Assembly: GCA_965178125.1 (NCBI GenBank)
Contig: OZ237741.1
Coordinates: 124,001-188,000 of the forward strand
Length of the DNA stretch: 64,000 nucleotides
Direction: 5' to 3'
Source of the DNA: Bilabrum cf. latius
Lineage: Eukaryota
The notes under the pieces were generated by a model. The model was not told where the DNA came from. It saw nothing but the letters and a program-made list of their open reading frames with translations, and did no database searches. This document shows positions 13,410 through 25,646 of this stretch, piece by piece. The first letter of the stretch is position 1, and the number at the start of each line of letters is the position of its first letter. The translations under genes and the position numbers were made by a program.

Positions 13410-16373
13410 TCAGTTGGACGTGACCATCAAGTTGTCGAAGCCGGACGTCTCGAAGCCGCTGCCGAGCAGCACGAGCCCCGAGGGCACAGTCGTGTCGAAG
13501 TGGCCCAGGCTAGCCCCGCTCACCTCTGGTGACACCTTGGTGCCCTCGAATGTCAGCTTCAGGTGCATCCAGGTCCCTTGCAGGCCGCCTGCCCCGCTGG
13601 GCAGCTCCGCTGCAACACTACTTGCTGCTGGGCCGGGCAGGCTCCCGCTCGCGATGACCGTGGGCCCCTTCTGCCCGAAATCCTCCAGTCTCCAGTCGGA
13701 GGTGGAGTTGACCGTGAGGCAGACGGCCGTCTTGTAGCCCTAGAAGCCGTTGAGGCTCTGCACCCGCCCGCACAGGCGAACAAAAGACTCAGGCATGGGT
13801 GTCCCCAGGCATTGGGTGCCACCTCCCGCCAGGCTCCTGATCTGCCCGTGCTCGTTCACGTCCCACTGCTGGGAGGGGGGCAGCGGGGCCCCGCACGTGG
13901 AGAGGATCGTCTGCGTGGAGGATCCCTCGGGAGCGACGGTGAGGCAGTTCCCGTGCAAGAGTCCCCTGATGCCCTTGTCCTCGGGGTCGTAGGTGAACTG
14001 CAGGCCCTTGTAGCAGTCGGCCCCGCAGCAGGTGGCGCCTTGGGTGAGGCATGTGTACGTGATGATCGGAGCCAGGCACCCGTCCGAGTTCATGCAGGTC
14101 AGCGTCGCCTCGTTCTGCAGGTACAGGGGCCCGCCCTCCGTCCCGTTCTTCCAGGTCTGGTACGGAGAACCGCCCTGCACACAGGGGGCTAGGACCACGG
14201 CTCCGGGGCTGTCCCGTAGGGCCCCCTGCGCGGCCTCCCCGGATCGCTTCACATCCATGTCGCCGTACGTGGGGTAGGCAGCGCTCTCTGGCGCACCCGC
14301 CGTGGCACTCACGTCCACGGATCCAGCGGCTCCACGGCCGGTGCTGGATTCGAAGATGCCCTCGAGGTGCGGGTGCGCCACCAGGTAGTCCCCCGGGGAC
14401 TTTGTTCCCTGGGCACGGGACACAGCACTGGCCAGGCGACGGCGGCTCGCGTCCGCGCGGCGGGCCTCTAGCCCCCGCGCAGCGCGCAGATGGGTGGAGG
14501 AGGAGGAGGAGGAGTCGAGGCTTGCATCAAAGCGTGCATTCGCTCCACCCGCGGGCAGAAAGGCGTCGACCTCCACGGTGTAGTCGCTCCAGAATGAGGC
14601 GTTCAGCCCCCCCACAATGGTGGCGGGAGTGGATGCATGTGCCCACCCGTTGCGGCCGGGCCCCTTGGGCAGGACCTGCACCAGGGCCGGGTTGCTGCCA
14701 CCCACGCTTCCCCTGCCAGATGGGCCGCCAGCGGGCGCGCTTGCCGACGGCAGGATGTCCTCGTGGATCTCGAACACGCCGTACTGGTCCGAGATGTACT
14801 TGGGGATCAGCGTGTTGTTCGTGCCGGCCCCTCCCCCAGGGCTAGAGAAATCCTCGGTGTAGGGGATGGGGAATGGGGCGGAGGCCGGCGGCGGGCTGGG
14901 CACTGTTCCCTTCCGCTGGCCCTCCTGGTTGCTGACCGTGTACATGGCGTCAGGGAACACCGTCAGGTTGAAGGTGGCGCCCTGCCCGCCGGGAAGCTGC
15001 ACGGTTTTCACGTCGGGCATCCGCACGAACTGCGCCTGCTCCGTTGTTCTCCACACTGCGAGGGAAGCCCCCCCCGAGCTGCCCGGCATGCCTGGCGCCA
15101 GAACGACTTGCACCTGCTGCGTGGCCTTGGCCTGCACAGAGGCCTCGCACCGCCCACCGCTCGTTAGGGACTCCACCACGAAAGCGAACTTGTCCGAAGC
15201 TTGGTCGTACAGCGTGATGTAGGCCCCTCCCCCTTGCAGCGTACCAGACCCGGGGGCCCCAAGTGCGGCCAGCTCGAGAGCTGCCTGCACGCTGGCCTTG
15301 GGCCCGAGCTTTGCTTTGGCACGGGCGATGGCATCTGGGTTTGGCGCCGCGCCCAGAAAGCGGAACCCTGGCTGCGCGAATTGCGCGATGTGCGCCGATG
15401 TCCACAGCGGCGCATCCACGTCGTAGTGGTTGCTCCAGGGCTCCATGGCGCGAGTGAGCCCCGCGTGCTGGCAGACGAGGTTCTCGTAGACGGACCACAC
15501 GGTGGACCACGCGATCGTGGCTGTGTTGTTCATGCGCACGTAGTTCTCCACGAGCACCCGCCCCCAGTTGGGGCCGCCCACCCAGCCGGGGGCGTCGCTC
15601 GAGTAGTCCTCGGAGCTCCACTGCTGCAGCCCCGCGGCGGATATGGCAGGGTACGGCTCGTCGCACGGGTAGTGCGTCCCGGTGGCGTACAGCGCATCAC
15701 GGACGGTCTTGTTGCTGACGATCCCGGCAATCATCGCGCTGGGGACGTACTTATTGTCTGGCGCCACTATCTTGGTCGAGCTGTATCCTGCGTCGTCCAT
15801 GGCGCGGCGCAGCTCAACGATCCAGTCGAGCGGCTGAGGGACTCGCTCGTTCCACACGCCCATGTAGTCCACATCGATGCCGACGGTTTCTTTGACGCAA
15901 TTCAACCAGTCGATGTGGTACTTGATGCCATCATCGGAAAAGTATCCTGTCGAATTGTCACCTACCCAGGCTGGCACCGCCCACGATAACCCGTACGTGA
16001 GCACACTGGGGTTTCTCTTCTTTGCCTCGAGCATGAGCCAGTTTTCGTACCCCTTTGAACAGTCTATTTTTCCGCGAACGTCTTCAATGGAGGCTTCATC
16101 GCCATCCGTGCTTTGCCCGCTGCCGCCAATTTCCACCTTGCAGATATGAAGGTTTGCGCCGAAGTTAGGCTTGAAAAGATAGTCAAGCACTTCGGACCGC
16201 TGCGGCTCATCGTAATCCCACAGCAGCCTCGAGCTTGCACCAGCCGAAAGCCCACCGATCCCGTCAAACTTGTGCTGCACGTCATGCGTATCAAGCTCGA
16301 TGCGAGTTGTGTTCATCGCAGTTGCGACGACAAAACATCCTGTTGTGAATGCTACCAGGTTAATAGTGCGCAT
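13410..16373 (-). CDS. GALC: Galactocerebrosidase (GH59) with signal peptide and inserted ricin-B lectin; 1 in-frame TAG (13740)
   Basis: GH59 motifs 'FDGIGGLSAGASSRLLWDY..QRSEVLDYLFKPNFGANLHICKVEIGG..QSTDG', 'GVWNER', 'WSSEDYS'. The C-terminal 'GLVLLGSGFETSGFDNLMV' (cf. GALC 'AQFDNF') appears only after reading through TAG 13740-13742. Ends at TGA 13410-13412. Confidence 0.9.
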
Positions 16374-16508
16374 AGCTAGATATGCACGGCACACAAGGCC
16401 GGTGTTGTTGGTTCGCGCCGGTCGCTGGGTGCAGCGGAACCGGAACCAACAAGTTGCCAGTTGCAGTTGCCAGTGGCGCTGTGCGCCCGCCGGCGTACCG
16501 TCCACGAC

Positions 16509-18089
16509 TCAGGTTGCACCCGCACCTCCCTCCAGGATCCCAACAAGCGCACTGATTTCTCCTGCTGGTGCTCCGCCCCCTCGTCCAACTCGCCCCGCCG
16601 CCGCCACCGCCTCCCGCGCGGCATCAGCAATCGAAGAGCTCACCCCCTTGACGCTATGACCCTCACCCTCCCCATCATCCTCCCCCGCCTCATGACCCGC
16701 GATTGCTCGTAGCACGCACGGACGATCCGATCCCGCATCGCCCGCTGTGCCCTTGACACCCCCCGCACCTGCCCCATCGCCACTCTATCCAACCAACCCA
16801 TCCACGCCCACGCCCCCGTCCCCTCCCACGGCCCCGTCCCCTCCCACGGCCAGCCAAGGGTGCTCCAGCAGCGAGGCCGCGCTCTCCCTCCGGGCCGGGT
16901 CCCAGCGGAGCAGCCTGCCCACAAAGTCACGCGCCTAGGGGGAGCATCTGGGCAGCAGCCGGTCCATAGGCGAGGAAGGGGTGTGCAAACCCGACGTGCT
17001 CGACACACCGGAGCAAGTGCTCGGGGCAGCTGCTCGCTCAAAATCGGCAGATCCAGACCCTGTGGCCTAAGCAGGAGTGGCTGCGTCTGGAGGTTTAGTA
17101 GATTCTGAACCCTCTCTTTCAGCGCCATCCCCGTCCCCAACCCCGTCCCCAACCCCGTCCCCACCCCCAACCCCACCCCCATCCGCTCCATCGGTGGAAG
17201 CCAGGCTAAGCCTGCCCCAGTCCCTGAGCGAGCTGAGCCCGGGCCCCACGTCGCGCGGGGGCGGACCCAGCCCTTTCTCTATCTCGCCCAGCTGTGCCAG
17301 GTCGCTCTCCCCAGGGAACAAGGGGGACCCTCCCTCGAGACACTCCCCCAGCAGGCAGCCAAGGGCCCAGAGGTCCACCCCGGCACCATACGAGCGAGAG
17401 CCCAGGAGCAGCTCCGGGGCGCGGTACCAGCGGGAGACCACGTGTGGCGTGAGGCACCCGGCCAGCGCGCTCGTCGCTGCATCGATGCCTGGGGCGGCAG
17501 GTGCTCGCTCTGGCTGACCAGCCTAGGAGGGCTCTCCGGTGGGAGCCGGAGCAGGCGGAGGTGTCGAGACAGACCTGGCCAAGCCAAAGTCAAGCAGGAC
17601 CGATATTCCAGACTTTGAATCAACGACCACATTGCTAGGCTTAACATCTCTGTGCAGCACGCTCGCGCGATGGCAGAATGCGAGTGCCTCGCACAGGTCT
17701 CGGGCAATCTCGCGTACGGCTCCTTCTGGAAGCAGATCGGAGCGACGGTGCACCAAATCGTGTAGATTTGGACCAGGGACGAAGTTCATGACGAGAACTA
17801 GGTCATCTGCGGGCGTTCTCATCGCTGCTTTCAATTCTGGCAGGGACCTTGGCAGCGAGGCCATGCCCAGGTTGCGCAAAGCCTTTAAGGCTTCGAGCTC
17901 CCGCCTTCCATCAATGGTCTCCGTCTGTAACCCCCCACGCTCGCCTTTGCGCTGGTAAACGCGCTTGATGGCAACCATAGTGCCATCATCGAGGGCTCCA
18001 GCGAATACCTCTCCGAATGAGCCACCGCCGAGCCTCTTCCCCAGTTTAATGCTTGCATAGCGGGGGCATTCAGCTGCAGACGTACTCAT
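16509..18089 (-). CDS. CDK20/CCRK-like Ser/Thr kinase; 4 in-frame TAGs (17523, 17067, 16935, 16785)
   Basis: [20 protein letters not shown] and DFGLAR come first. After a TAG: '[45 protein letters not shown]'. After further TAGs: '[23 protein letters not shown]'. Ends at TGA 16509-16511. Confidence 0.85.
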
Positions 18090-18489
18090 GCTGTAATCAT
18101 GGTTTCGTTCGCCATATCAGTGTGTCTCTGGCTAGACAGAGCTGGGGCCGACGGTGGGGCAGTTGCACTTGGAAGGTGTGAGCAACGCGGTGGCCTGTAG
18201 ATCACTGCTGCTGTGTACTTGGAGACAAAACTTGGGGTGCTTCGTTCGCTGTCTGGTTCAAACACCGCTTCAACGCACCAAACTCATGCCCTGCAGGCAG
18301 TTGCCAGAATTCGTCCGACCGCAGCCTCGCCTCTCCAACCGATCAGCAGTCCGCCTGCGCCACTGCATCCATAATGCCATGTGACACGTGCCGACGACCC
18401 TGCTTCCGCCCCGACTGCTACTAGGCTCCTCTCTAGGATCACCAAGCCAACAGCATACCCTAGAATTCCCGGGTGCCCGCTCGCAGCAC

Positions 18490-19602
18490 TCAGAACTTCA
18501 TGGCGTGGGGCTTGTCGCCCTTGGACAGGGTGAAGGCAGCCTTCAGGTAGTCCTTCATCTCCTCGCCGCCAGCGCCCTTGAAGGCGGGCAGGGCAAGGAT
18601 GGCGCCGTCCACGGCGGCCTGGGCGGCCTTGCGGGCCTCGGTCACGGTGCCGGCGGGGGCGTCCACAACCTCGGTGTCGAACTTCTCGGCCTCCTCGTCG
18701 TCCACGAACACGTCCTCCTCGTCGGCCCTGAAGAAGGCCTCCTCGCCGGAGCGCTGGGCGGCCTTGGCGGCGGCCTTGGCAGCCTTGTCCTTACCGAACC
18801 AGGCCTTCTCAGCGGCCTCGGACGAGGCGCACTCGGGCAGCTTGATGCCCTTGACGCCCTCGATCGAGGTCGAGGTGGCGATCACGTACCGCTGGTTCAC
18901 GCGGCGCAAAGGCACACCGTTCACGGAGAAGGGGCCTGCGAATGACAAGTGGGAGCAGCAGCGCACAAGGGTCCGAGCAGGTAAACGAGGCATGGTGAAG
19001 GAAGCGGTGCCGGAGCGATGCAGCAGCCTGCCCGTCGGTCAGACTGGTACTGCCGCAGGGAGCCCGCGCTAGCGTCAGTCCCTTAGATTTCATAAGCTGT
19101 ATATCATGTATTCGCTGTGGAAGTGAGCGGCCGGCTGCGCTCGCGAACGCGGTGGCTCCCCGAGACGAGAGTTGCAGCTTGCCTCCTCTCCGGCGGGACG
19201 CGGTCGGCGGCGCGACCCGGCCATCCCTGGAAAGCAGGCCGCATTGCAACTAGGCCGCTCAAGTCTAGGTAGCATCTTTCAAGCGGTTGGTATCGTCACT
19301 GGGATCAGCGGCTAGCAGTTGGCATCCGGCAGCCCTTGGGGGCGCCGTGAAGCTCTGCTCTTTCTCTCACCAGTCACAAGCAGGAGTCCAGAGGGAAGGA
19401 CACCAAGGCACACAACACGGCGGCCGCGGTTGCGCCCAGACAGCAGGATGAGAACCTTGCCGGCCTCGATGGAGGACCGGACCTTAGCGCCGGCCGGCTG
19501 GGGCCTGGAGCCGGTCTTCTTGGCCATCGCCCGGCGCGCAGAGCGCGGGACATCATCAGCGGGGTACCAAACGGGCTTTCGCTGCAAGTTAACCTTGGGC
19601 AT
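18490..19602 (-). CDS. RPL6: 60S ribosomal protein eL6 (2 exons: 19602-19371, 18935-18490)
   Basis: 'WYPADDV', '[53 protein letters not shown]', '[19 protein letters not shown]'. TGA stop; no TAG codons. Confidence 0.95.
18936..19370 (-). other. RPL6 intron (435 bp)
   Basis: ACTG|GTGAGA ... CATTCGCAG|GC restores the conserved VTGPF. Confidence 0.9.
19058..19160 (-). ncRNA. Candidate intronic box C/D snoRNA (weak)
   Basis: The minus strand reads ATCTAAGGG-A-CTGA: 9 nt complementary to conserved SSU rRNA CCCUUAGAU, followed by a D box. Flanked by near-complementary GGGAGCCACCGCG / CGCGGGCTCCC. No clean box C found. Confidence 0.3.
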
Positions 19603-19938
19603 GCTGCCTAGCTGCGACGAGATCGAGCGGTAACAGGTGCAAACAAGCAGTTGGCAACTGAAACTATGGTCTCTAGGCCTACTTTTTGAACAAACCAAAG
19701 CTACGCAAAGCATGGCGATTGTTGTAGGATCAATTCATAGAACGGTATCCGCAGACACGTTGAAAAGGACAAGCATAGCTCACAACCACGAAAATATACG
19801 CTTCGTCCCCTGACTGGTGTTCGATCCGATCAGAAATCTGTTTTGACCGCTCTTGCAATCATATAACGTTACATTATAATATGAACGTTCGTTTCGAGTT
19901 CGAATAGTTCCAACGATCAAATCACCAGCAAGGCCAAG
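19603..19938. promoter_or_regulatory. AT-rich divergent intergenic region (RPL6 / CFAP69), probable bidirectional promoter
   Basis: Head-to-head starts separated by 336 bp. AT-rich core with palindromic ATTATAAT between two AACGTT at ~19865-19889. Confidence 0.5.
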
Positions 19939-22900
19939 ATGGCCGGATCTGGATTTGACTATGATGATTTCGAACGGTTATTCGAAGACAAACATGCATA
20001 GTCATTGATATAGCGGCAGAGAGATGCTGTTGACGAGCTCCTGGATTGCAACAGAAGGGGCGGCTTCTACGTCTGCGAGCTTGATAGGGTTGCATCAGCT
20101 CTCTTGCTGCTCGCAGATAGAATTTCTGACGGGCACAGTGTTTTAATCGATGATCTTTGTCGCCTGTTGGACCTATCGACTCCCGTGAGTGAATCTGCAC
20201 ACGCCCACGCTTTGCGCTGCGCAACGGCAACTATTTCGCTAACATTGCCGCAGATGGCTGAAAAGCAGAGCAGCAGCGTATCAATTGCAGCACTTCAGAA
20301 CGCCTCCTCTATCGCAGTCGTATCGGACCGTCGCTGCGAACGAGGAAGAGACCCACCGCGACTGCATGACCGCCCTGCTGCGAGCCATCGGGGATCTCCT
20401 GGACGCCGGCGAGCCGCGGGTAGAGCTTGCGGCAGCCGAGGCGCTCTTCCGATTTCTTCGGGGCAGCCCCTCTCCGCAGCTTGACTCGGGCAGCAGCGAG
20501 CTCGGCACCTATTCCAGCTCGGCCGCCGAGATCCCCGGGCTGGGCCTGGCATCCGCGGAGAGGGCCGAGATGGCCGAGGCGGAGGTGAGGGCGCCCGGCT
20601 CCACGCACCCCACCAAATGGGAGCGAGCCCTGTCCCTCGCATGCTCCTCGGGCGCCGTGAAGCGCGTGTGCAGGGCACTGCGGCGCGAGGTGCGGGAGCT
20701 GGCGCAGGCCGACACGGACGGGGACGGCGGCGTGGACGTGGCCGAGTTCCTCCGGTTCAGGGCGCTCAATGACGGTGACGCGGCCAACGATGGTGACACG
20801 CTGGAACAGCTGGCCAGGGCGCAGGGGAGCACCGAAAATGGGGACGGGGATACCGGTGGTCAGCTGGCCCGTGCTGGGGGTCGGCCAGGCACTGCGGGCA
20901 CGGATGCGGGCGGTTCCGCGGGCGCCGCGCATCGCAGTGGGGAGTACTTTCTGGCAGTGATCATCCGTGTGGTGCTGGAGCTGTCAGAAGGCCCCGAAGC
21001 GGCCGCGGCGCTGTCGGCGGGAGGCGCCCCCGGCTCTCTTGTCAGGGTGGTGCACCTCGTGCACGACTGGAGGGACGCAGTGGTGCAGAGTGCCATGGAG
21101 GCGATGTGGAACCTGTGCGAACATTCGGCGTCCAGGGCCACCCAGGGAACAGCGCTGTCCCTGGGCGCGCTGCTCCGCAAGCACAGGGCACACAACGCCT
21201 GCTACCAGCTGGCCACACTCCCCGCCGCCCGCGCCCTTGCTCGACTCTTCGCTCGATCGCTCGCGGGGGCGGTTTCCGAGAAAGACAAGGCGCTCCGCAA
21301 CGACGTGCTAGTGCTGCTCCTGACCCTAGCCAGGTCCCCCGTGCCTCCCCGGAGGCGAACCAGGGTGCCTCCGGGGGCTGCGGCGGCCCACCGCCCGCGC
21401 TCGTCACATGTGTCGAGAAGGGACCGCGCGGCGCACGACGGTGCCACCCCCGATGTGTCCGTTGAGCTGTCCGGGGGCGCGGCTGTGGAGGGGGGCAGCA
21501 GCAGCCTATCTGTGCCTCCTCCGATGCCCGGCACGGAGGCAGAGTACGAGGCCGCCCGTGCGGGTGCAGGGGCTGGTGGTGCGCCCCGCTCGGGGGAGTC
21601 TTCCCCCGCAATGGGGCCCTCGGGGGCGGGGACTCCCGTGGGGTCCCTGGGGGGCTGGCGCGCGGGCGTGCCTGCCTCCCAGCTGCGGGCCACGGAGACG
21701 GCGCTGGCGCAGGCCACGGGCGAGGGGGCCGCCGCTGAGCTGGCCAAGGTGTCGGACGCGGCCCAGGGGGGGGAGGGCTGGGAGGCTCCCTCGGGGCCGG
21801 GGAGCAGTGCCACGGGGGACGGGCACGCGTCCCTGGCTGCCAAGTCCGGGCTGCTGACGCTGGTGCTGCACGTGTGCTCCGCCTGCGAGGCCGGGCTGGA
21901 GGGGACGGACATGCCGGTGGCTGGGTTTGAGGGAGTGATGCAGGACGAGGACGAGCAGGAGCAGGAGCGGGAGCGGGCAGAGGAGCGAAGCAGTGCGGGG
22001 ATGGGTGTGGTGCCCCCATTGGGGGGACAGGGACCCTAGGAACAGGAGGGATTCGGGCTGAGCCTGACCCCAACCGGGGGCCGGGGGAATTCCCCCACCG
22101 CCGGGGGCGCGGGCGGCCTGGCGACAATGGGCTCCGCAGGGCGAGCCGCGGACGCTGCGTGCATGCTGGCGGCGTGGGCGCAAGAGCAGGAGGTGTGGCA
22201 CGAGGGAACAGTGAGGGCCGAGCTGGCGGGCACCAGGGCCAGGAGGCAGGGGCTGGCGGTTCCTCGGCTGGAGGGGCGGAGGGGGGGCACGGGGGAGTTC
22301 TGGACTTCGAGTCCCGCGGACCTGCAGGCCAAGTCGCTGTGCTGGGCGCTTGCAGTGGAGTGCGTGCAGCAGGAGCAGGACGCCTTGCGGGCGGCGGCGA
22401 GGCTGCGGGAGGCGGAGCGGGAGCTGGCGGCGGCCACTGGGACGGGGGAGGAGCAGCCGGCTATCGGCAGCGGGCCAGGGAACAAGGGTACGGATGGGGA
22501 CGCGGACGCGGAGGGCATGCCCTCTCCACCCACCCACAACCCCGGGGCGACCGACGGCGACGGCGACGGCGGCACTCCTCAGCAGCAGGGCGTGGATCGG
22601 GGTGGTGAGGATCTGGGTGGGGATGCAGGGGCGCGGGACGCCGGGTTTGGCGGACTGGACGAGGGCAAGCAGGCAGGTGGGGGGGAACAGGGAATGCTCG
22701 CGGGGACGATGGCCAGCGAGGCGTTCGGGCAGGAGGACCTCGGCGCGGCGCCGCTGGACCCGCAGGATGTTCCGGAGGCGGAGGGCGGTCCAGTCTTGGA
22801 GACGGTCCGCAAGTCTTTGCTGCTGCACGGGCTCCTGACGCACCTCGAGACACCCGCGGAGGGACCCCAGGACAGCGACGAAGAGGACGAAGACGAGGAG

Positions 22901-25510
22901 ACGAGGTTCGGTATGGTCGGGAATGGGGGCCGGCAGCAGGAGGGCAAAGGTGACGACACGCTGGCCCTGTCCCGGCCCTCCACCTCGGGGGCCTCCCAGG
23001 GCCTGGGCCAGGGCATGCTGGGGCACCCCTACTTGCTCTCCCTCAGCGCGGGGGCCCGCCGCCGGCTGCAGCTGCACGCCCTGTCATGCCTCCACAGCCT
23101 GGCTCCGCTGTCCATGCGCGGGTTTGTGGAGGCAGGCGGGCCCGCGCACTGCCTGCAGCACCTGTACCACTGGGCGGCGCCCCTGCGCCGGGCAGCACAG
23201 GCCCTCCGTGAGGGGGCCCAGGAGGAAGCGAGGGTGGCGGCGCAGGCGGCCGCGCGGGAGGGGGAGGGAGAGGCCGAGGCGGCTGTGCTGGCCGCCACTG
23301 CCGCCGCCCTGTCCCTGTCCATGGCTGCTGGGGCGGGGGCGGGGCGGGCCTCGGGTGCGGGTGCGAGAGTGGCTGCCCGCCGCGGGTCCGGCGGCCTCAG
23401 GATGGCGGTTTCTTATGCTGCACTCGCGGATCTGCCGCGGGTGCACATGTGCGTGCGGCTGCTGCAGCGGTGCTGCCAGACTCCCGCGGGGGGCCCGGCC
23501 GTGGCCCGATACATCGGCATGGACGGGGCGTGCGCGATGGCCGCTGACGTGGCCATGGGCGCGTTCGCTCTGGTGGCAGGCCCCAGAGCGGGCCGCGTGC
23601 CCAAGGGAGGCCTTGATCTCAGGGGCATCCCGGCCTCGGCCGTGGCGCTCGAGTCCGAGATCGCGGGCGATTCCGGGTCGCTGCCCGGGCCCGAGTGCGG
23701 CGGCACGGTGCCCCCCTCCCTGCTGCTCGAGGCCTCCCTGTCTCTCGGGGAGGCCCTGTGTGCCCCGGGGAGGAGCGACCCGAGCGTGGACCCGGCGGGG
23801 CACGCCACCGCCAAGGCCCTGGCGGAGCAGGAGCTCGCGGGCGCCGCGCATGCGGAACCGCTAGCGGGGTGCCAGGCGTGGATGCGGCGGTCGGGCGGCG
23901 TGCGTGCCGCGGTGCGGGTGCTACGGTGGGACGCCGCCCGGAGAACACGGGCCGCCAGCCGTGCGAGAGGCGGGGCCATGCGGGCGGGCGCTTCTGCCGC
24001 CAGGGAGGCGCGGGGCCACGACGCTCTGCTGCAGTCCACGGCCACGGGGCTCGTTGCTGACGTGGCGCCCTCCGCGGGTGCGGCGGCGAGGCAGGGCGGC
24101 GGGGGCGCCGCGCAGGAGGACGGTCCGGAGCAGGGACCCGGCGGCGCCGGTTCCGCAGAGGACCCCTCCGCCGCCGCGGCGCCGCGCCCGGCCCTCGCCG
24201 CCGTCGCCCTCCTGCGCGCGGCCACGGCTCGCTCCCGCCGCGGCGTGGCCCGTGCCCTCGCGGAGGGCGCTGCGGACGCGCTGCTGGACGAGGCGGAGGG
24301 CGCGCCCCCCGCCCTGGCGGCGGCGTGCCTCGGGTGCCTGGCCGACTTGGTGAGGGAACACCCCGCGGCCGCGCTGCCGCACCTGAAGGCGTGGTGCAGC
24401 GACAGCGACGGCGCCCCGGCCCTCGCGGTGCTGACCCGGCTGTGGAGGAGCGAGGAGACAAGGCTCGGGGTGGCGAGGGGCCCGCACGGAGAGATCGACC
24501 TGGGGTCCTTCCCCGATTCGATGCACAGGCCGCTGAGCGTGGGCACCGGGAATGGATCGGGGGCGGGGGCAGCGGGGAGCGCGACTCCGTCGCTGGGTGG
24601 CACTGGCGTGGGGGCCGGTGGGACTAGGACCGGGTTTGCTCTCACCTCCGGGGGTGGTGGCGGTGGTGGTGTGGGGGGCGGTGCAGGCGGCGTGGGCTCG
24701 GCATTTGGGCGGCTGCGCGACGCCCTCCGTGCCTCGAAGCTGTGGGCGGCCGCAGATGGGGGTAAAGCCGGCGCGAACGGGCCGGACGGCACGAAGTCCG
24801 GTCCGGAGCAGCAGGGGCGGGCGGGCACGCGGGCCGCCGGGGTGCGCGCGGCAGCAGAGGCGTTGGCCCTTCGTAGCGGAGCCGGGTCTGGCCTGCGGGC
24901 CGCGGTGTGGGCCGTGCTGCACGAGTGCATGGAAGGCGAGGTGCGGACCGGGGCGCTGGGGGATGTGGGTGGCCTGCCTCTCAGCGATCGGGTGGCGCTG
25001 GAGGCGGCCATGTCCATGCCCCGGCTGGTGGAGGCCGAGGCGTGGTGGGGCGTGGAGCACGCCCTGAGGGGTCCCTTCCTGCCCGAGCACCTGAGGGTGC
25101 AGCCCACTGCGGAGGACGAGGAGACTCTGAGGGCGGCGCTGGGGCGCGCCGAGGAGGCCGTGCGGTCGGTGGCAGAGGCTTAGGCTGCCGTGGTGGAGGC
25201 GACGAGCGTGGCCATCGCCCGTCAGGACGAGCGCTTCCAGGAGCAAGTGCTTAACCGGAAGCAGTGCACGGAGGACGGGGCGGCTTTGTCTCTGCGGGGG
25301 AGGAGAGCCCCTGTGCCTGCGCTGACGGGGAGCGAGCGGCGCGCGGCCAAGGCGAGGAGGAGGGCGATGCTCGAGGCGGCCGAGAGGCCGGTGGGCGTGC
25401 GTCCCTTTAAGGCGGGCGACGGGGTGCCGGAGCTGGACGTGGGGCAGGTCAAGGCGGAGATGGCGGCGAAGAAGGAAGCCGCGACCATGGGAGGCTCCAG
25501 AGTGCTTTGA
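19939..25510 (+). CDS. CFAP69: Cilia- and flagella-associated protein 69 (~1810 aa; intron 20185-20317; 4 in-frame TAGs)
   Basis: N-terminus 'FDYDDFERLFEDKHA*SLI*RQRDAVDELL..GFYVCELDRV', then 'AMEAMWNLCE', 'KDKALRNDVLVLLLTLA' and 'LGCLADL..HLKAW..LTRLWRSEETRLGVARGPHGEI' match recalled CFAP69 motifs. TAGs at 19999, 20011, 22037, 25181; TGA 25508-25510. Confidence 0.8.
20185..20317 (+). other. Putative intron (133 bp)
   Basis: CCC|GTGAGT ... CTATCGCAG|TCG joins two CFAP69-like segments that are in different frames. Confidence 0.7.
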
Positions 25511-25646
25511 TGATTCGGATGATTGGTCTTGAACCGACCGCGATTTGCAGCAGTACAATTTTCGCACCCATGCATGCCCACAAGCCAGAGCAGCTGTAGC
25601 GTGCGGTGCACCCAAGCAACGACCCGGGTATAACAACCCACTCGCC

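Noticed and set aside
16374-16505. 44-aa N-terminal extension of the GALC ORF from GTG 16505
   Set aside because: ATG 16373 gives a signal-peptide-like N-terminus, and the extension abuts the CDK stop.
17125-17180. Short tandem repeats (CCCCGTCCCCAA-type, poly-CAG, GGGCCT) as CRISPR arrays or mobile-element ends
   Set aside because: They are in-frame low-complexity coding repeats with no spacers, cas genes, transposase or terminal repeats.
20185-20253. Alternative CFAP69 acceptor at 20253 (CTAAC...GCAG)
   Set aside because: It keeps the wrong frame and hits TGA at 20482; the 20317 acceptor restores CFAP69 homology.
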